In this document: positions 51,697 to 63,101 of the stretch, one piece after another
How positions within the stretch are numbered: position 1 is the stretch's first letter
How the letters are laid out: each line of letters opens with the position of its first letter
DNA from: Alphaproteobacteria bacterium
GTDB taxonomy: Bacteria > Pseudomonadota > Alphaproteobacteria > GCA-2731375
Assembly: GCA_965225945.1 (NCBI GenBank)
Contig: CBDDBZ010000039.1
Coordinates: forward strand, 544,001-608,000
Length of the DNA stretch: 64,000 nucleotides
Direction: 5' to 3'
Position numbers and translations under genes: made by a program
The notes under the pieces: generated by a model
The model's database searches: none
What the model was told of the DNA's origin: nothing
The model's input: only the letters and a program-made list of their open reading frames with translations

Positions 51697-52688
51697 GCGA
51701 CCTCGAGCATGGCTTTTGCGTCGCGCCGATGATGGACTGGACCGATCGGCATTGCCGCTATTTCCACCGCCAGCTCAGCCGCCGCGCGCTGCTGCACACC
51801 GAGATGGTGACGGCGGAGGCGGTGATCCGGGGCGATCGGGAACGTCTGCTGGGCTTCGATCCGGCCGAGCATCCCGTGGTCCTGCAAGTGGCCGGGGCTG
51901 AGGCGGATCGCTTGGCGCTGGCGGCCGAGATCGGCGCTGGGTGGGGCTACGACGCCCTCAATCTCAACGTCGGCTGTCCGAGCGAGAGGGTCCGCTCCGC
52001 CCGCTTCGGTGCCTGCCTGATGGCGGAACCGGAGAGGGTGGCGGCCGGCGTGGCGGCGATGAAGCGTGCCTCGGGCCTGGCCGTCAGCGTCAAGTGCCGC
52101 ATCGGCATCGACGGCCGCGAGAGCCGGGAGGAGTTTCACCATTTCGTCGAGACGGTCGCCGAGGCCGGCTGCCGGACCTTCATCGTGCACGCGCGGATCG
52201 CCGTCCTGGCGGGGCTCAGTCCGAAGCAGAACCGAGAAGCCCCGCCGCTGAACTACGATTTCCCCCACGGGCTCAAGCGGGCGCGGCCGGAGCTCGAGAT
52301 CGTGGTGAACGGCGCCATCTCGGCGTGGGACGACGTGGCGCACCATCTGGCCCGCGCCGACGGGGTGATGATGGGGCGCGAGGCGTACGGCAATCCCTAT
52401 GTCCTGGCGGCCGTCGACGGTCGGACCTGGAACGATTCGACGCCGCCGCCGAGCCGGGCCGAGGTGGTGGCGCGCATGCTGCCCTATATCGCGGCGCGGC
52501 TGGCCGCCGGCACGCCGTTGCATGCGATGACGCGGCACTTGCTGGGCCTCTACAACGGCCGCCCCGGCGCGCGCGCCTGGCGGCGCTATCTGAGCGAGAA
52601 CGCGCGTGGCGGCGGCATCGAGGTGGTGCGCCACGCCCTGGCCCTGGTGGAACCCGCCGGCGAGGAAGACATCCGCCGCTGCGCCTGA
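51693..52688 (+). CDS. dusA: tRNA-dihydrouridine synthase A
   Basis: [26 protein letters not shown] and GLSPKQNR motifs. Confidence 0.95.
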   Translation: MSDLEHGFCVAPMMDWTDRHCRYFHRQLSRRALLHTEMVTAEAVIRGDRERLLGFDPAEHPVVLQVAGAEADRLALAAEIGAGWGYDALNLNVGCPSERVRSARFGACLMAEPERVAAGVAAMKRASGLAVSVKCRIGIDGRESREEFHHFVETVAEAGCRTFIVHARIAVLAGLSPKQNREAPPLNYDFPHGLKRARPELEIVVNGAISAWDDVAHHLARADGVMMGREAYGNPYVLAAVDGRTWNDSTPPPSRAEVVARMLPYIAARLAAGTPLHAMTRHLLGLYNGRPGARAWRRYLSENARGGGIEVVRHALALVEPAGEEDIRRCA

Positions 52689-53088
52689 ACGGCGTCAGCG
52701 ATGCTCGGCGCGGAAGGCGGGAAAAAATGAAAGAGAAGAATATCAAAGACGTATACTTGGATGATCTGGCCGCGATGGAAGACCGGATCCGAGTCGAAGC
52801 GCCCGACGGTCCGACTTTCGGACCGGAGTTCTGGAAGAGCGCCAAAATCGTCTACCCCAAGGTTCCGAAAGATCGCCTGACGGTGCGCTTCGACCGTGAC
52901 ATGGTGGAATGGTTCAAGGCGCGGGGCAAAGGCTACCAGACCCGCACGAACGCCGTACTCCGAAGCTTCTACGAGGCTCGGAGAGATATGAAATGATGAA
53001 TTCCAAGAAGGGCTTTTTATAGGGAACAAATCCGCCGGCGAGGAAGACATCCGCCGTTGCGCCTGAGCGGCCTCAGCGGTTCTCGGCG
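52654..53088. repeat. 57-bp imperfect direct repeats (52654-52710, 53032-53088) bracketing an inserted antitoxin gene
   Basis: CCGCCGGCGAGGAAGACATCCGCCG(C/T)TGCGCCTGA...CTCGGCG; five mismatches between copies. Confidence 0.9.
52727..52996 (+). CDS. Orphan BrnA-family antitoxin
   Basis: K..LTVRFDRDMVEWFKA.GKGYQTR.NAVLR ribbon-helix-helix motif; no toxin gene next to it. Confidence 0.85.
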   Translation: MKEKNIKDVYLDDLAAMEDRIRVEAPDGPTFGPEFWKSAKIVYPKVPKDRLTVRFDRDMVEWFKARGKGYQTRTNAVLRSFYEARRDMK

Positions 53089-54203
53089 AGGCGGGTCAGC
53101 AGGAATTCGCGCCCGACCTTGACCGAAGGGCGCCCGCCATAGGCGACGATGTCGGCCGTGGCATAAGTCTCGCGCCAGTTCTCCGGCAGGTAGGAACCGG
53201 TGCCGACGACGTCGATCGGCGCCTTCACCGCGCCCATGACCCGACATTTCGCCGGATTGAAGCCGGAACTGGCGACGATTTTGACCTCGGGGTAGCCGGC
53301 GCCGTCGAGCCTTTCGCGCAGGTGGTAGATCGCCGCCGCCGAGACGCCGGTGCCGACCAGCCAACGCAGCTCGTCTTCGGTCCGATACTGGCGCACCGCC
53401 TTGGGTGCGTGGCGCTCCAGCACGGCGTATGATTTCGGCGGGTCGAGGCCTTCGAGGAAACGACCCCCATGGGTGTCGAGCCGGACCGAGACCCGTCCCG
53501 CCGCCGCCATCTCGGGAAAGCGCTGGCAGACGGCGAGGGAATCCGACACTTCCCGCCCGAAATAATCGACCAGGACGGTCAGCGCATCGTCGGGAAAGCT
53601 TTCGACGAACATCTCGGCGGCCCGGACCGTGTCGCCGGCATAGCCGATCAGCGCGTGCGGCATCGTTCCCATGCCGCCGGCGCCGCCGAAATAGGGCGCG
53701 GTGGCGTCCGAGGCGCAGCCGATGAAGCCCTTGGCGCCGTTCTCGCGCCGGGCCGCCTCGCTGCCGACGCTCGCCGCATAGGCCATCATTTCGGCCATCT
53801 CGGCGCCGGCGCAGTGGCGGGCATCCATGGCGAGGAAGGCGCACGCCGGCATGTCACGGCACATCATATAGGCGTTGTAGGCGGCGACGCAGGCGGGTCC
53901 CAGCTTCTGCAGGTAGATCGTCTCCAGGTCCACCAGGTGAAACAGCGACCCGGTCAGATAGACCAGCGGCTCGCCGGCGCCGACCCAGGCGCCCTCTTGG
54001 TGACAGAGGCGGATCTCGATCTCGATGCCGCGGGCCTCGGCGACCCTGGTGATCCACTCGGCCATGAGGCGCGGCGTGAAGATCACCGGCCGGCGCATGA
54101 ACAGCGCATAGGTGACGTCGACGTCGCCGTTCGCCTCGACGATCCGCTTGGTGCGCTTGAAGTAGTGATCGACGCGCCCGGAAATATCGTCTTCCAGATC
54201 CAT
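53073..54203 (-). CDS. Nicotinate phosphoribosyltransferase-like protein
   Basis: DHYF, MDARH, GTMPHAL, VRLDTHG and ASSGF motifs. Confidence 0.85.
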   Translation of the reverse strand: MDLEDDISGRVDHYFKRTKRIVEANGDVDVTYALFMRRPVIFTPRLMAEWITRVAEARGIEIEIRLCHQEGAWVGAGEPLVYLTGSLFHLVDLETIYLQKLGPACVAAYNAYMMCRDMPACAFLAMDARHCAGAEMAEMMAYAASVGSEAARRENGAKGFIGCASDATAPYFGGAGGMGTMPHALIGYAGDTVRAAEMFVESFPDDALTVLVDYFGREVSDSLAVCQRFPEMAAAGRVSVRLDTHGGRFLEGLDPPKSYAVLERHAPKAVRQYRTEDELRWLVGTGVSAAAIYHLRERLDGAGYPEVKIVASSGFNPAKCRVMGAVKAPIDVVGTGSYLPENWRETYATADIVAYGGRPSVKVGREFLLTRLAENR

Positions 54204-54233
54204 CGCCGCGTCCTCCAGCCGGCTCCGGCGCCC

Positions 54234-55622
54234 CTATTCGGCGGCGGCGGTCCTGAGCGGCGCCGCCCCGCGCTGCTGCTTCAGGGTCTCGGCGACCAGG
54301 AAGGAGAGCTCGAGGGCCTGCGAGGCGTTCAGGCGCGGATCGCAATGGGTATGATAGCGAGAGCCGAGTTGCGTCTCGTCGATCAACTGCGCGCCGCCGA
54401 CGCATTCCGTCACGTCCTTGCCGGTCATCTCGACGTGGATCCCGCCGGCGTGCGTCCCCTCGCCCTGATGGACGGCGAAGAAGCCGCGCACCTCGGCCAG
54501 GATGCGGTCGAAGGAGCGGGTCTTGTAGCCGGTCGAGGATTTGTGCGTGTTGCCGTGCATCGGATCGCAGGACCACACGATCGCCAACCCCTCCCGCTCG
54601 GCGGCGCGGATCAAGGGCGGCAGCTTCTCCAGCACAGACTCGGATCCCATGCGGCAGATCACCGTCAAGCGCCCGGGCTCGTTATTTGGATTGAGCAGGC
54701 CGGCGAGCTGGACCAACTCTTCCGCCTCCAGGCTCGGCCCGGCCTTGAGGCCGATCGGATTTTCGATCCCGCGGCAATATTCCACGTGGCCGCCGTCGAG
54801 CTGGCGGGTGCGATCGCCGATCCACACGAAATGCGCCGAGGTGGCGAACCAGCCGCCGCTGCGGGTGATGGTATCGCGCCGTGTCAGCGCCTCCTCGTAG
54901 GGCAGAAGCAAGGCCTCGTGGGAGGTGTAGAAGGCGGTTTGACGAACTTCCGGCACCTTGTCGCCGGTGATGCCGCAGGCCTCCATGAAGTCGAGAACCT
55001 CGGTGATCCGGTCGGCCATGTCGCGGTAGCGGGCGGCCGCCTCGGTGCCCTCGACAAAGCCGAGATTCCAGCGATGCACCGCGTGCAGATCGCCATAGCC
55101 GCCCTGGGCGAAGGCGCGGATCAGGTTGAGCGTCGCCGCCGCCTGGCTGTAGGCCTGCAACAGCCGTTCGGGATCGGGACGGCGCGAGGCCTCGTCGAAG
55201 TCGATGCCGTTGACGATGTCGCCCCGGTAGGTCGGCAGCTCGAGGCCGGCTTGCGTCTCCGTCGGCGCCGAGCGGGGCTTGGCGAACTGACCGGCGATGC
55301 GCCCGACCTTGATCACCGGAAGCGAGCCGCCATAGGTCAAAATCACCGCCATCTGCATCAACACGCGGAAGGTGTCGCGAATGTTGTCGGGATGAAATTC
55401 GGCGAAGCTCTCGGCGCAGTCGCCGCCCTGGAGCAGAAACGCCCTGCCCGCGCAGACCTCGGCCAGTTGGCGCCGCATCTCCAAGGCCTCGCCGGCGAAG
55501 ATCAGGGGCGGAAAGCTCCGGATCTTGTCGATCGTCGCGTCGAGCGCGACCGCGTCGGGATAGTCGGGTTGCTGCTCGACGGGCTTGCCGCGCCAGGCGC
55601 CCAGGCTCCAATTCTCGGCCAT
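54234..55622 (-). CDS. Class II DAHP synthase
   Basis: [36 protein letters not shown] and CDPRLN motifs. Confidence 0.96.
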   Translation of the reverse strand: MAENWSLGAWRGKPVEQQPDYPDAVALDATIDKIRSFPPLIFAGEALEMRRQLAEVCAGRAFLLQGGDCAESFAEFHPDNIRDTFRVLMQMAVILTYGGSLPVIKVGRIAGQFAKPRSAPTETQAGLELPTYRGDIVNGIDFDEASRRPDPERLLQAYSQAAATLNLIRAFAQGGYGDLHAVHRWNLGFVEGTEAAARYRDMADRITEVLDFMEACGITGDKVPEVRQTAFYTSHEALLLPYEEALTRRDTITRSGGWFATSAHFVWIGDRTRQLDGGHVEYCRGIENPIGLKAGPSLEAEELVQLAGLLNPNNEPGRLTVICRMGSESVLEKLPPLIRAAEREGLAIVWSCDPMHGNTHKSSTGYKTRSFDRILAEVRGFFAVHQGEGTHAGGIHVEMTGKDVTECVGGAQLIDETQLGSRYHTHCDPRLNASQALELSFLVAETLKQQRGAAPLRTAAAE

Positions 55623-55718
55623 CCACCTATCCTCGCCGGAAAAATGAGGCGCCTTGTATACCCCTCCGCCCCACCGATGCAAAGACCAGGCGATGCAAGG
55701 AAATGCGGGCGGCCGAAA

Positions 55719-57095
55719 TTATTCCGCCGCGGCTGCCTGTTCGGGCGCGACCTTGGTGCGAAGAGTGACGAACTCCTCCGCCGCCGTCGGATGAATCCCC
55801 ACCGTAGCGTCGAACTGCGCCTTGGTCGCCCCGCATTTGAGCGCGACGCCCGCGAGCTGGACGATTTCCGGCCCGTCCGCGCCCATTATGTGGACGCCGA
55901 GCACCCGCTCGCTCGCCGCGTCGACCACCAGCTTCACCAGCGTGGTCTCCTCGCGCCCGGTGAGCGTGTGTTTGAGCGGGCGGAAGCGGGTCCGATAGAT
56001 GTCGATTTCGCCGTGCCGCGCTCGGGCCTCGGCTTCGCTCAGCCCGACGGTGCCGATCGGCGGATGAGAGAAGACGGCGGAGGCGACGTCGCGATGATCG
56101 GGCTTGCGCGCCGAACCACCGAATTCGGTGTCGGCGAAGGCATGGCCTTCCATGATCGCCACCGGCGTCAGATTGATGCGATCGGTGACGTCGCCGATGG
56201 CGAAGATGTTGTCGCGGCTGGTGCGGCTCCATTCGTCGACCACGACGGCGCCGCTGGGGCTGAGCGCGACGCCCGCGTCCTCCAGGCCCAATTCGGCAGT
56301 ATTGGGATGGCGGCCGGTCGCGAACATCACCTCGTCGCAGGCCAGCATCCCGCCGTCGGTCAGTCGAAGCGCGAGACCCTCCGCCGTTCGCTCGATCGCC
56401 GTGACGTTGACGCCGACGCGAAGGTCGATCCCCTGCTTGACGATCTCCTCGGCCAAGGCGTGGCGAAGGTCGTCGTCGAAGCCGCGCAGGATCTGTTCGC
56501 CCCGATAGAGCTCCGTCACCCGCGCCCCGAGGCCGTGGAAAATGTTGGCGAATTCGACCGCGATGTAGCCGCCGCCGACAATGACCACATGCTCCGGCAG
56601 GCGCGCCAGTTGAAATGCCCCGTTGGAGCTGATCGCGTGCTCGATGCCGGGAAGCGGCGGCAGCGTCGGCGTGCCGCCGCAGGCGATCAGGATCTTCTCG
56701 GCAGTCACACGCTGGCCGCCGAGCTCGACCGTGTGGCGGTCCACCAACCGCGCGCGATCATGCAAGGCGGTAACGCCGGCATCTTTCAGCAAGCGTTCGT
56801 AGATGGCGTTGAGCCGGTCGATTTCCTGGTCCTTGGCCGCGATCAGCCGGGCCCAATCGAAGCTCGGCTCGCCGACCTCCCAGCCGTAGGACGCGGCATC
56901 CTCGAAGTCGTGGCTGAAATGCGCGGCATAGACCAGCAGCTTCTTCGGAATGCAGCCGCGAATGACGCACGTCCCGCCGTAGCGGTACTCCTCGGCGATG
57001 GCGACCCGCGCGCCGTGGCCGCCGGCGATGCGGGCCGCCCGGACGCCCCCCGAACCGCCACCGATGACGAAGAGATCGAAGTCGTGCATGCTCAC
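55719..57095 (-). CDS. gor: Glutathione-disulfide reductase
   Basis: GGGSGG, GGTCVIRGCIPKK, NLTPVA and IHPTAAEE motifs. Confidence 0.95.
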   Translation of the reverse strand: MSMHDFDLFVIGGGSGGVRAARIAGGHGARVAIAEEYRYGGTCVIRGCIPKKLLVYAAHFSHDFEDAASYGWEVGEPSFDWARLIAAKDQEIDRLNAIYERLLKDAGVTALHDRARLVDRHTVELGGQRVTAEKILIACGGTPTLPPLPGIEHAISSNGAFQLARLPEHVVIVGGGYIAVEFANIFHGLGARVTELYRGEQILRGFDDDLRHALAEEIVKQGIDLRVGVNVTAIERTAEGLALRLTDGGMLACDEVMFATGRHPNTAELGLEDAGVALSPSGAVVVDEWSRTSRDNIFAIGDVTDRINLTPVAIMEGHAFADTEFGGSARKPDHRDVASAVFSHPPIGTVGLSEAEARARHGEIDIYRTRFRPLKHTLTGREETTLVKLVVDAASERVLGVHIMGADGPEIVQLAGVALKCGATKAQFDATVGIHPTAAEEFVTLRTKVAPEQAAAAE

Positions 57096-57372
57096 CGGCC
57101 AGCTTCCCGCGTTATCGGTCGCGCGGTGCACGGCAGCATGAAAGGCGCGACGCGTCAATTACCTCTACCACGCCGGCCGCGCGCCACGCCTCAATATCGC
57201 CACATTGGATCGATAGACGAAAGCCTTACGGAGTGTTAGGGGTAAACGCGCATGAAAACACAATATCTGGTATGATTGCACCCCGTCTTGGATGGATATG
57301 CGTCGTTCGCGCGCCACCGGTCGTGGCGCGACGTGACCCGGACCATCGCTCGAATAAGGGTTTCGTGAGCCC

Positions 57373-58122
57373 ATGGCCGGCCATTCACAGTTCAAGAACA
57401 TCATGTACCGGAAGGGGGCCCAGGACGCCAAGCGCGCCAAGGTCTTCACCAAGCTGATCAAGGAAATCACCGTGGCGGCGCGAACCGGTCAGCCCGATCC
57501 CGACATCAATCCGAGGCTGCGCGCGGCGATCCAAGCGGCGCGCGCAGCGAACATGCCGCGCGACAACATCGAGCGGGCGATCAAGCGGGCGACGGCGAGC
57601 GGTGAGGGCGACGCCTATGAGGAGATTCGCTACGAAGGCTTCGGGCCCGGCGGCATCGGCGTCATCGTCGAAGCGCTGACCGACAACCGCAATCGCACCG
57701 CCGCGGAAATCCGCGGCCTCTTTCTCAAAGCTGGCGGACACCTCGGCGAGACCGGCAGCGTCTCCTACCTGTTCGATCGGGTCGGCGCGATCCAGCTCGC
57801 GGCCGAGGTGGGAACGGGTGACGAGGTCTTCGAGGCCGCCGTCGAGGTGGGCGCCGACGACGTCGAAAGTAGCGAGGACGGTCACGAGATCATCTGCGCG
57901 CCGGATTCGCTCCATGCCGTGCGTGAAAGCCTGGAGGCCCACTTCGGCGAACCGAGGAGTGCTGCGCTCGCCTGGCGGCCGCGGACCACGGTGGCGGTCG
58001 ACGAGGAGAAGGCTCAGACCCTGTTCCGCCTGCTCGAGGGCTTGGACGACAACGACGACGTGCAGCGGGTCGCCGCCAATTTCGACGTCGCCGACGATGT
58101 CATGGCGCTCTTGAAGGCGTGA
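57373..58122 (+). CDS. yebC: YebC/PmpR family protein
   Basis: [10 protein letters not shown] and TDNRNRT motifs; upstream of ruvC. Confidence 0.96.
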   Translation: MAGHSQFKNIMYRKGAQDAKRAKVFTKLIKEITVAARTGQPDPDINPRLRAAIQAARAANMPRDNIERAIKRATASGEGDAYEEIRYEGFGPGGIGVIVEALTDNRNRTAAEIRGLFLKAGGHLGETGSVSYLFDRVGAIQLAAEVGTGDEVFEAAVEVGADDVESSEDGHEIICAPDSLHAVRESLEAHFGEPRSAALAWRPRTTVAVDEEKAQTLFRLLEGLDDNDDVQRVAANFDVADDVMALLKA

Positions 58123-58661
58123 GCGAGGGTGCCATGCGCATCATCGGATTGGACCCGGGCCTGCGCCGCACCGGTTGGGGGGTCATCGAGGCGGAGGGCA
58201 ATCAGCTTCGCCACCTCGCCCACGGCCGCGTCGCCGTCGGGCCTGACCAATCGCTGGCCGCGCGGCTCTGCGAGCTGTTCGAGGCGCTCGGCGAGGTGAT
58301 CGCGGAGCACCGGCCGGGCGAGGCGGCGGTGGAGGAGACCTTCGTCAACAAGAACCCGGCCTCGACCTTGAAGCTGGGCCAGGCCCGAGGCGCCGTGCTG
58401 CTGGCGGCGGCGACGGCGGGTCTGCCGGTCGCGGAGTACACCCCCAACCTGATCAAGAAGTCGATCGTCGGCACCGGCCACGCGGAAAAACGGCAAGTCC
58501 AGGCGATGGTGACGATTCTGCTGCCGGGCGTGACGCGAGCCGATGCCGCGGCGCTCGACGCGGACGCCGCCGACGCGCTGGCCGTCGCCATCTGTCATGC
58601 CCATCTCAGGGCGACGGCATGGCGCGTCGGCGCCGCCATGACGGCGGGAGGGGCGCCATGA
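58119..58661 (+). CDS. ruvC: Holliday junction resolvase RuvC
   Basis: GLDPGL..TGWG, VEE.F, KLGQARG and DAADALAVA motifs. Confidence 0.96.
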   Translation: MSEGAMRIIGLDPGLRRTGWGVIEAEGNQLRHLAHGRVAVGPDQSLAARLCELFEALGEVIAEHRPGEAAVEETFVNKNPASTLKLGQARGAVLLAAATAGLPVAEYTPNLIKKSIVGTGHAEKRQVQAMVTILLPGVTRADAAALDADAADALAVAICHAHLRATAWRVGAAMTAGGAP

Positions 58662-59263
58662 TCGCCCGCCTCACCGGCCGGGTCGGCGAGGCTGGATCGG
58701 ACCGGGTCGTCGTCGACGTCGGTGGCGTCGGCTATCTGGTGTTCTGCTCCGCCCGGACCTTGGCCGGGCTGCCGGGCGAGGGCGAGGCGAGCCTGCATAT
58801 CGAGACCCACGTCCGGGAGGATCACATCCACCTTTACGGCTTCCTGGAGCCTTCGGAGCGCGACTGGTTCAACCTGCTGCGCGGCGTGCAGGGCGTCGGC
58901 GCTCGGCTCGCCCTCGCCATCCTCTCGGCGTTGGCGCCGGTGGAGCTGATGCAGGCGATCGCCGCCGGCGAGAAGACCATGTTGACCCGGGCACCGGGCG
59001 TCGGGGCTAAACTGGCCGCGCGCTTGATCACCGAGCTCAAGGACAAGGTCGCAGGCCTCTCTCTCGGCCCGGCGGCGGGGCTCGACGGCGGCGCGGCGGC
59101 GCCCCTAGGGCCTGAGAGCGATGCCGTCTCCGCGCTGGTCAATCTCGGCTATCGGCCGGCCGACGCGGCGAGCGCCGTGCGCGACGCCAGCCGGAAATTC
59201 GGCGACGAGGAGGTCAATCTCGAAAGCCTGATCCGCGGCGGCCTCGAGGAGTTGGTGTCGTGA
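58658..59263 (+). CDS. ruvA: Holliday junction branch migration protein RuvA
   Basis: MIARLTG, GVGY, HVRED..LYGF and ALVNLGY motifs. Confidence 0.96.
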   Translation: MIARLTGRVGEAGSDRVVVDVGGVGYLVFCSARTLAGLPGEGEASLHIETHVREDHIHLYGFLEPSERDWFNLLRGVQGVGARLALAILSALAPVELMQAIAAGEKTMLTRAPGVGAKLAARLITELKDKVAGLSLGPAAGLDGGAAAPLGPESDAVSALVNLGYRPADAASAVRDASRKFGDEEVNLESLIRGGLEELVS

Positions 59264-60312
59264 GCGACGGCGGGCTCCAGCGTCTGGTCGGCGGCGAGGC
59301 CGGCCAGCACGACGTCGCCGAGATCGGAATCCGCCCGCAACGCCTGGACGAGTTCGTCGGACAGGCCGAGGAACGGCGCAACCTCGCCGTCTACATCGAG
59401 GCCGCCAGGCGACGCGGCGAGGCGCTGGACCACGTGCTGTTTCACGGCCCCCCCGGCCTCGGCAAGACGACCTTGGCGCAGATCGTCGCACGCGAACTCG
59501 GCGTCGGCTTCCGCGCGACCTCGGGTCCGGTGATCGTCAAGGCGGGGGATCTCGCCGCCATCCTGACCCACCTGCAGGAGCGCGACGTCCTGTTCATCGA
59601 CGAAATTCACCGCCTCAATCCGGCGGTCGAGGAGATCCTCTATCCGGCGATGGAGGACTTTCAGCTCGACTTGATGATCGGCGAAGGGCCGGCGGCCCGC
59701 AGTGTCAGGATCGATCTGGCGCCCTTCACCTTGGTCGGCGCGACCACGCGATCGGGCCTGATCACCTCACCGCTGCGCGAGCGCTTCGGAATCCCGATCC
59801 GGCTCAACTTTTACAATGTCGAGGAATTGGAGGAGATCGTGCGCCGCGGCGCCGGCGTGCTCGACATGGCACTGGCGGCGGACGGCGCGCGCGAGATCGC
59901 CAAGCGCTCGCGTGGCACGCCCCGGGTCGCGGTTCGCCTGTTGCGCCGGGTCCGCGACTTCGCCGAGGTCTCGGGCGCCGGCAGAATCGACGCGGTGAAG
60001 GCCGACGCCGCGCTTCTTCGCCTGGCCGTCGATGCCCGCGGCCTCGACGCCATGGACCGCCGCTACCTCGCCCTTATCGTCGAGAGCTTCGGCGGCGGCC
60101 CGGTGGGCGTGGAGACGATCGCCGCCGCGCTCTCGGAGCCGCGCGACGCGATCGAGGAGATCATCGAGCCGTTTCTGGTCCAGCAGGGCCTGGTGCATCG
60201 GACGCCGCGTGGCCGTATGGCGACGCCGGCGGCCTACGAGCACTTGGGGCTGGCGGCGCCATCCACCGGCGGCGACCAGCTCGATCTCCTCGGCTCGGAC
60301 GGCGCGACGTGA
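59260..60312 (+). CDS. ruvB: Holliday junction branch migration ATPase RuvB
   Basis: [15 protein letters not shown] and RTPRGR motifs. Confidence 0.98.
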   Translation: MSDGGLQRLVGGEAGQHDVAEIGIRPQRLDEFVGQAEERRNLAVYIEAARRRGEALDHVLFHGPPGLGKTTLAQIVARELGVGFRATSGPVIVKAGDLAAILTHLQERDVLFIDEIHRLNPAVEEILYPAMEDFQLDLMIGEGPAARSVRIDLAPFTLVGATTRSGLITSPLRERFGIPIRLNFYNVEELEEIVRRGAGVLDMALAADGAREIAKRSRGTPRVAVRLLRRVRDFAEVSGAGRIDAVKADAALLRLAVDARGLDAMDRRYLALIVESFGGGPVGVETIAAALSEPRDAIEEIIEPFLVQQGLVHRTPRGRMATPAAYEHLGLAAPSTGGDQLDLLGSDGAT

Positions 60313-60770
60313 TGAGCACTCCCCGGACGAGGCCCGCCTCGCACCACCCGCCGGCATCGGCACATCGCTTCGGGCTTCGCGTCTATTGGGAGGACACGGA
60401 TGCCGCCGGCATCGTCTATTACGCCGACTACCTGCGCTTCATCGAGCGGGCGCGCAGCGATCTAGTGCGCCGCGCGGGGATCGACCAGGCGGCGCTCCTG
60501 GCCGAGGCGGGGATCGCCTTCCAGGTGCGTCGTTGCGTCGTCGACTATCTAGCCCCGGCCCGGCTCGACGACGAGTTGGTGGTCGAGACCCGGCTCCACC
60601 GCCTCGCCGGCGCGCGAATGGAGATGACCCAAACGGTGACCCGCGATGGCGACGATCTGGTTCGCTGCGAGGTCTCGCTCGCCTGCGTCGGACCCGGCGC
60701 TCGGCCGCGCCGCATCCCGGGCGAGGTGCGTCGCGCCCTCGCCCTCCGAACCACAAAGTTGGAAAGCTGA
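60312..60770 (+). CDS. ybgC: Tol-Pal-associated acyl-CoA thioesterase YbgC
   Basis: RVYWEDTDAAGIVYY motif; lies between ruvB and tolQ. Confidence 0.9.
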   Translation: MSTPRTRPASHHPPASAHRFGLRVYWEDTDAAGIVYYADYLRFIERARSDLVRRAGIDQAALLAEAGIAFQVRRCVVDYLAPARLDDELVVETRLHRLAGARMEMTQTVTRDGDDLVRCEVSLACVGPGARPRRIPGEVRRALALRTTKLES

Positions 60771-60773
60771 AGC

Positions 60774-61508
60774 ATGCAACCTCAAGCGGTCGATGCCCTC
60801 GCCCTCGCCGGTTCGGTGGCGGATGTCGACATGTCCCTATGGGGGCTCTTCCTCAAGGCCGACATCGTCGTGAAAATCGTCATCGTGATGCTCTTCATCG
60901 CCTCGATCTGGTGCTGGGCGATCATCATCGAGAAGGTCCTGCGCCTGCGTCGGCTCAGGGCCCAGGCGGACGAATTCGAGGATTCCTTCTGGTCCGGCGG
61001 CAGTCTGGAGGAAATCTACGATCAGATCGGCGGCGAGCCGCAGCACCCGATGGAGATTCTGTTCACCGCGGCAATGCGCGAGTGGCGGCGCTCGACCGCG
61101 CGGGGCATCAGCGACGACAACACGCTCAGGGCCGGCATCCGCGAACGCATCGCCCAGGTGATGCAGGTGACGGTGGGGCGCGAGATGGAGCGGCTGGAGC
61201 GCTATCTGAACTTCCTCGCCACCGTCGGCTCGACCGCGCCGTTCGTCGGTCTCTTCGGCACCGTCTGGGGCATCATGAACAGCTTCCAGGCGATCGCCAT
61301 TTCCAAGGACACCAACCTGGTGGTGGTGGCGCCGGGCATCGCGGAAGCACTATTCGCCACCGCGCTCGGCCTGGTCGCGGCGATCCCGGCGGTCATCGCC
61401 TACAATAAATTCGCCAGCGACCTCGGCCGCTTCGCGACCCGCCTCGAGGGCTTCGCCGGCGAGTTCAACGCCATCCTCTCGCGCCAGCTTGAGGAGGGGC
61501 GCGGCTGA
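60774..61508 (+). CDS. tolQ: TolQ
   Basis: STAPFVGLFGTVWGIM and PGIAEAL.ATA.GL motifs. Confidence 0.95.
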   Translation: MQPQAVDALALAGSVADVDMSLWGLFLKADIVVKIVIVMLFIASIWCWAIIIEKVLRLRRLRAQADEFEDSFWSGGSLEEIYDQIGGEPQHPMEILFTAAMREWRRSTARGISDDNTLRAGIRERIAQVMQVTVGREMERLERYLNFLATVGSTAPFVGLFGTVWGIMNSFQAIAISKDTNLVVVAPGIAEALFATALGLVAAIPAVIAYNKFASDLGRFATRLEGFAGEFNAILSRQLEEGRG

Positions 61509-62005
61509 TGGCGATACGACCGGGCAATGGCGAGGTCGTCGTGGCCAGCCGTCGGGTCTATCGGCCCATGTCGGAGATCAACGTCACGCCGTTCGTCGAC
61601 GTCATGTTGGTGCTGCTGGTGGTCTTCATGATAACGGCGCCGCTGCTGACCGTCGGCGTCACGGTGGACCTGCCGGAGAGCCGGGCGAAAGCGATCCCGG
61701 GTTCCGACACGCCGCTCACCGTCTCGATCGACGCCGCGGGTCAGGTCTACCTGCAGGACAGCAGAATTCCGCTCGACGAACTGGTGCCGAAGCTGACGGC
61801 GATCATCGCCGCGCGCGGCGAACGGGGGCGGATTTTCATCCGGGGCGATCGAGCGATCAATTACGGCGCGGTGATGCAGGTGGTGGGAACGCTGAACGCG
61901 GCCGGCTTTCGGCGCGTCGCCCTGGTGACCCATCCGCCCCGCTCGCGGCCCGACCGGCCGGCGAGCGAGAGCGGGCCGAGGACGGAGAGCACGGACGGAA
62001 AGTGA
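61508..62005 (+). CDS. tolR: TolR
   Basis: EINVTPFVDVMLVLL motif. Confidence 0.95.
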   Translation: MAIRPGNGEVVVASRRVYRPMSEINVTPFVDVMLVLLVVFMITAPLLTVGVTVDLPESRAKAIPGSDTPLTVSIDAAGQVYLQDSRIPLDELVPKLTAIIAARGERGRIFIRGDRAINYGAVMQVVGTLNAAGFRRVALVTHPPRSRPDRPASESGPRTESTDGK

Positions 62006-62014
62006 GCCAAAAGC

Positions 62015-63073
62015 GTGCGCTTCGCCCTCGTCATATCCCTGGCACTCCACGCGAGCCTGATCGTGATGACGGTCTACGGCCTGCCGCATGTGCTAGACCG
62101 GCCACCGGCGGCGGAGCAACCGCTCTTGGTCGAGCTGGTGGAGATCGCCGAGGAGACGACGCCGCAACTACCGGAATTGCAGCCGATCGACGAAACCCGC
62201 CCCGAGGACGTGGCCGAGGCCCGGCCGGCGGCGGCCGAGGAGGCGGAACGGGTGGAGGCGCCGCCGGCCGCCCGGGCGCCGGCACCCGCCCCACCGGCGG
62301 AAGTGAAGGTCGCGCGCGCCGTCCCGAGCCCGGCCGCGCCCCCGCCGCCGCCGGCGCCGGTCCCCGCGGCCAAACCCGCGCCCACCCCGCCGCCCATCCC
62401 CGCGACGTCGGCCAAGCCGGCCGAAATCAAACCGGCCACGCCACCACCACCGCCCGAGGTCAAACCTGCCCAGGCCGAGGAAAAGCCGCCGCCGGAGGTA
62501 AAGCCCCCGCCGCCGCCGCCGAAGCCGATCGAGGGCCGGGCGGTAGAAAGCGCGCCGAAGCCGAAGCCGAAACCGGCGGTGCCGCCCAAGAAGGATTTCG
62601 AAAAGGCGATGAGCCGCGTCGCGGCGCTCCTGGACAAGAGCAAGCGGGACACGCCCGAGGCGGCGAAGCAAGGCGAGCGGGTGACGGCGCCGTCGCCGCG
62701 CGGCGACAAATCGGCGCGTCGCCTCGCCACCACCTCGCCGGCGTGGCTCTCTCAAAAGCTGACCATGCGAGAGATCGACGCGATCCGGCTGCAGATCGAG
62801 CGCTGCTGGTCGATCCCCGCCGGCGCCAGGGAGGCGGGCGAGCTGGTCGTTCGCGTGCGGATTCTACTGAGGCCCGACGGCTCGTTGATTCGCGTCGACA
62901 TCCTCGATCGCGATCGTCTCTACGCCCGCGGCACCTTCTATCGAGCGGCCGCCGACAGCGCGCGGCGCGCGGTCCTCAAATGCATGCCGCTGCGCAATCT
63001 ACCGCCGGAGAAGTACGATGAATGGCGCGAGGTGACGTTGAACTTCAACCCGCGCGAGATGATCGGACGATAG
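62015..63073 (+). CDS. tolA: TolA-like cell envelope protein
   Basis: SLALH TM anchor, Pro/Lys-rich linker, C-terminal QIERCW...SARRAV.KC.P domain. Confidence 0.88.
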   Translation: MRFALVISLALHASLIVMTVYGLPHVLDRPPAAEQPLLVELVEIAEETTPQLPELQPIDETRPEDVAEARPAAAEEAERVEAPPAARAPAPAPPAEVKVARAVPSPAAPPPPPAPVPAAKPAPTPPPIPATSAKPAEIKPATPPPPPEVKPAQAEEKPPPEVKPPPPPPKPIEGRAVESAPKPKPKPAVPPKKDFEKAMSRVAALLDKSKRDTPEAAKQGERVTAPSPRGDKSARRLATTSPAWLSQKLTMREIDAIRLQIERCWSIPAGAREAGELVVRVRILLRPDGSLIRVDILDRDRLYARGTFYRAAADSARRAVLKCMPLRNLPPEKYDEWREVTLNFNPREMIGR

Positions 63074-63101
63074 CGCCGAACTTTCGATGGAGAGAACGCC
63101 G

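Noticed and set aside
52690-52726. Remnant of a BrnT toxin C-terminus (VSDARRGRREK)
   Set aside because: Most of this stretch is explained by the duplicated NAPRTase 3' end; the resemblance is probably chance.
53469-57239. Very long antisense or alternative-frame ORFs (also 23143-25287, 41710-43815, 14652-16478 and others)
   Set aside because: Shadow ORFs expected in high-GC DNA opposite well-supported genes; no recognisable motifs.
62260-62590. Pro-rich low-complexity repeats
   Set aside because: Ordinary periplasm-spanning linker of TolA.
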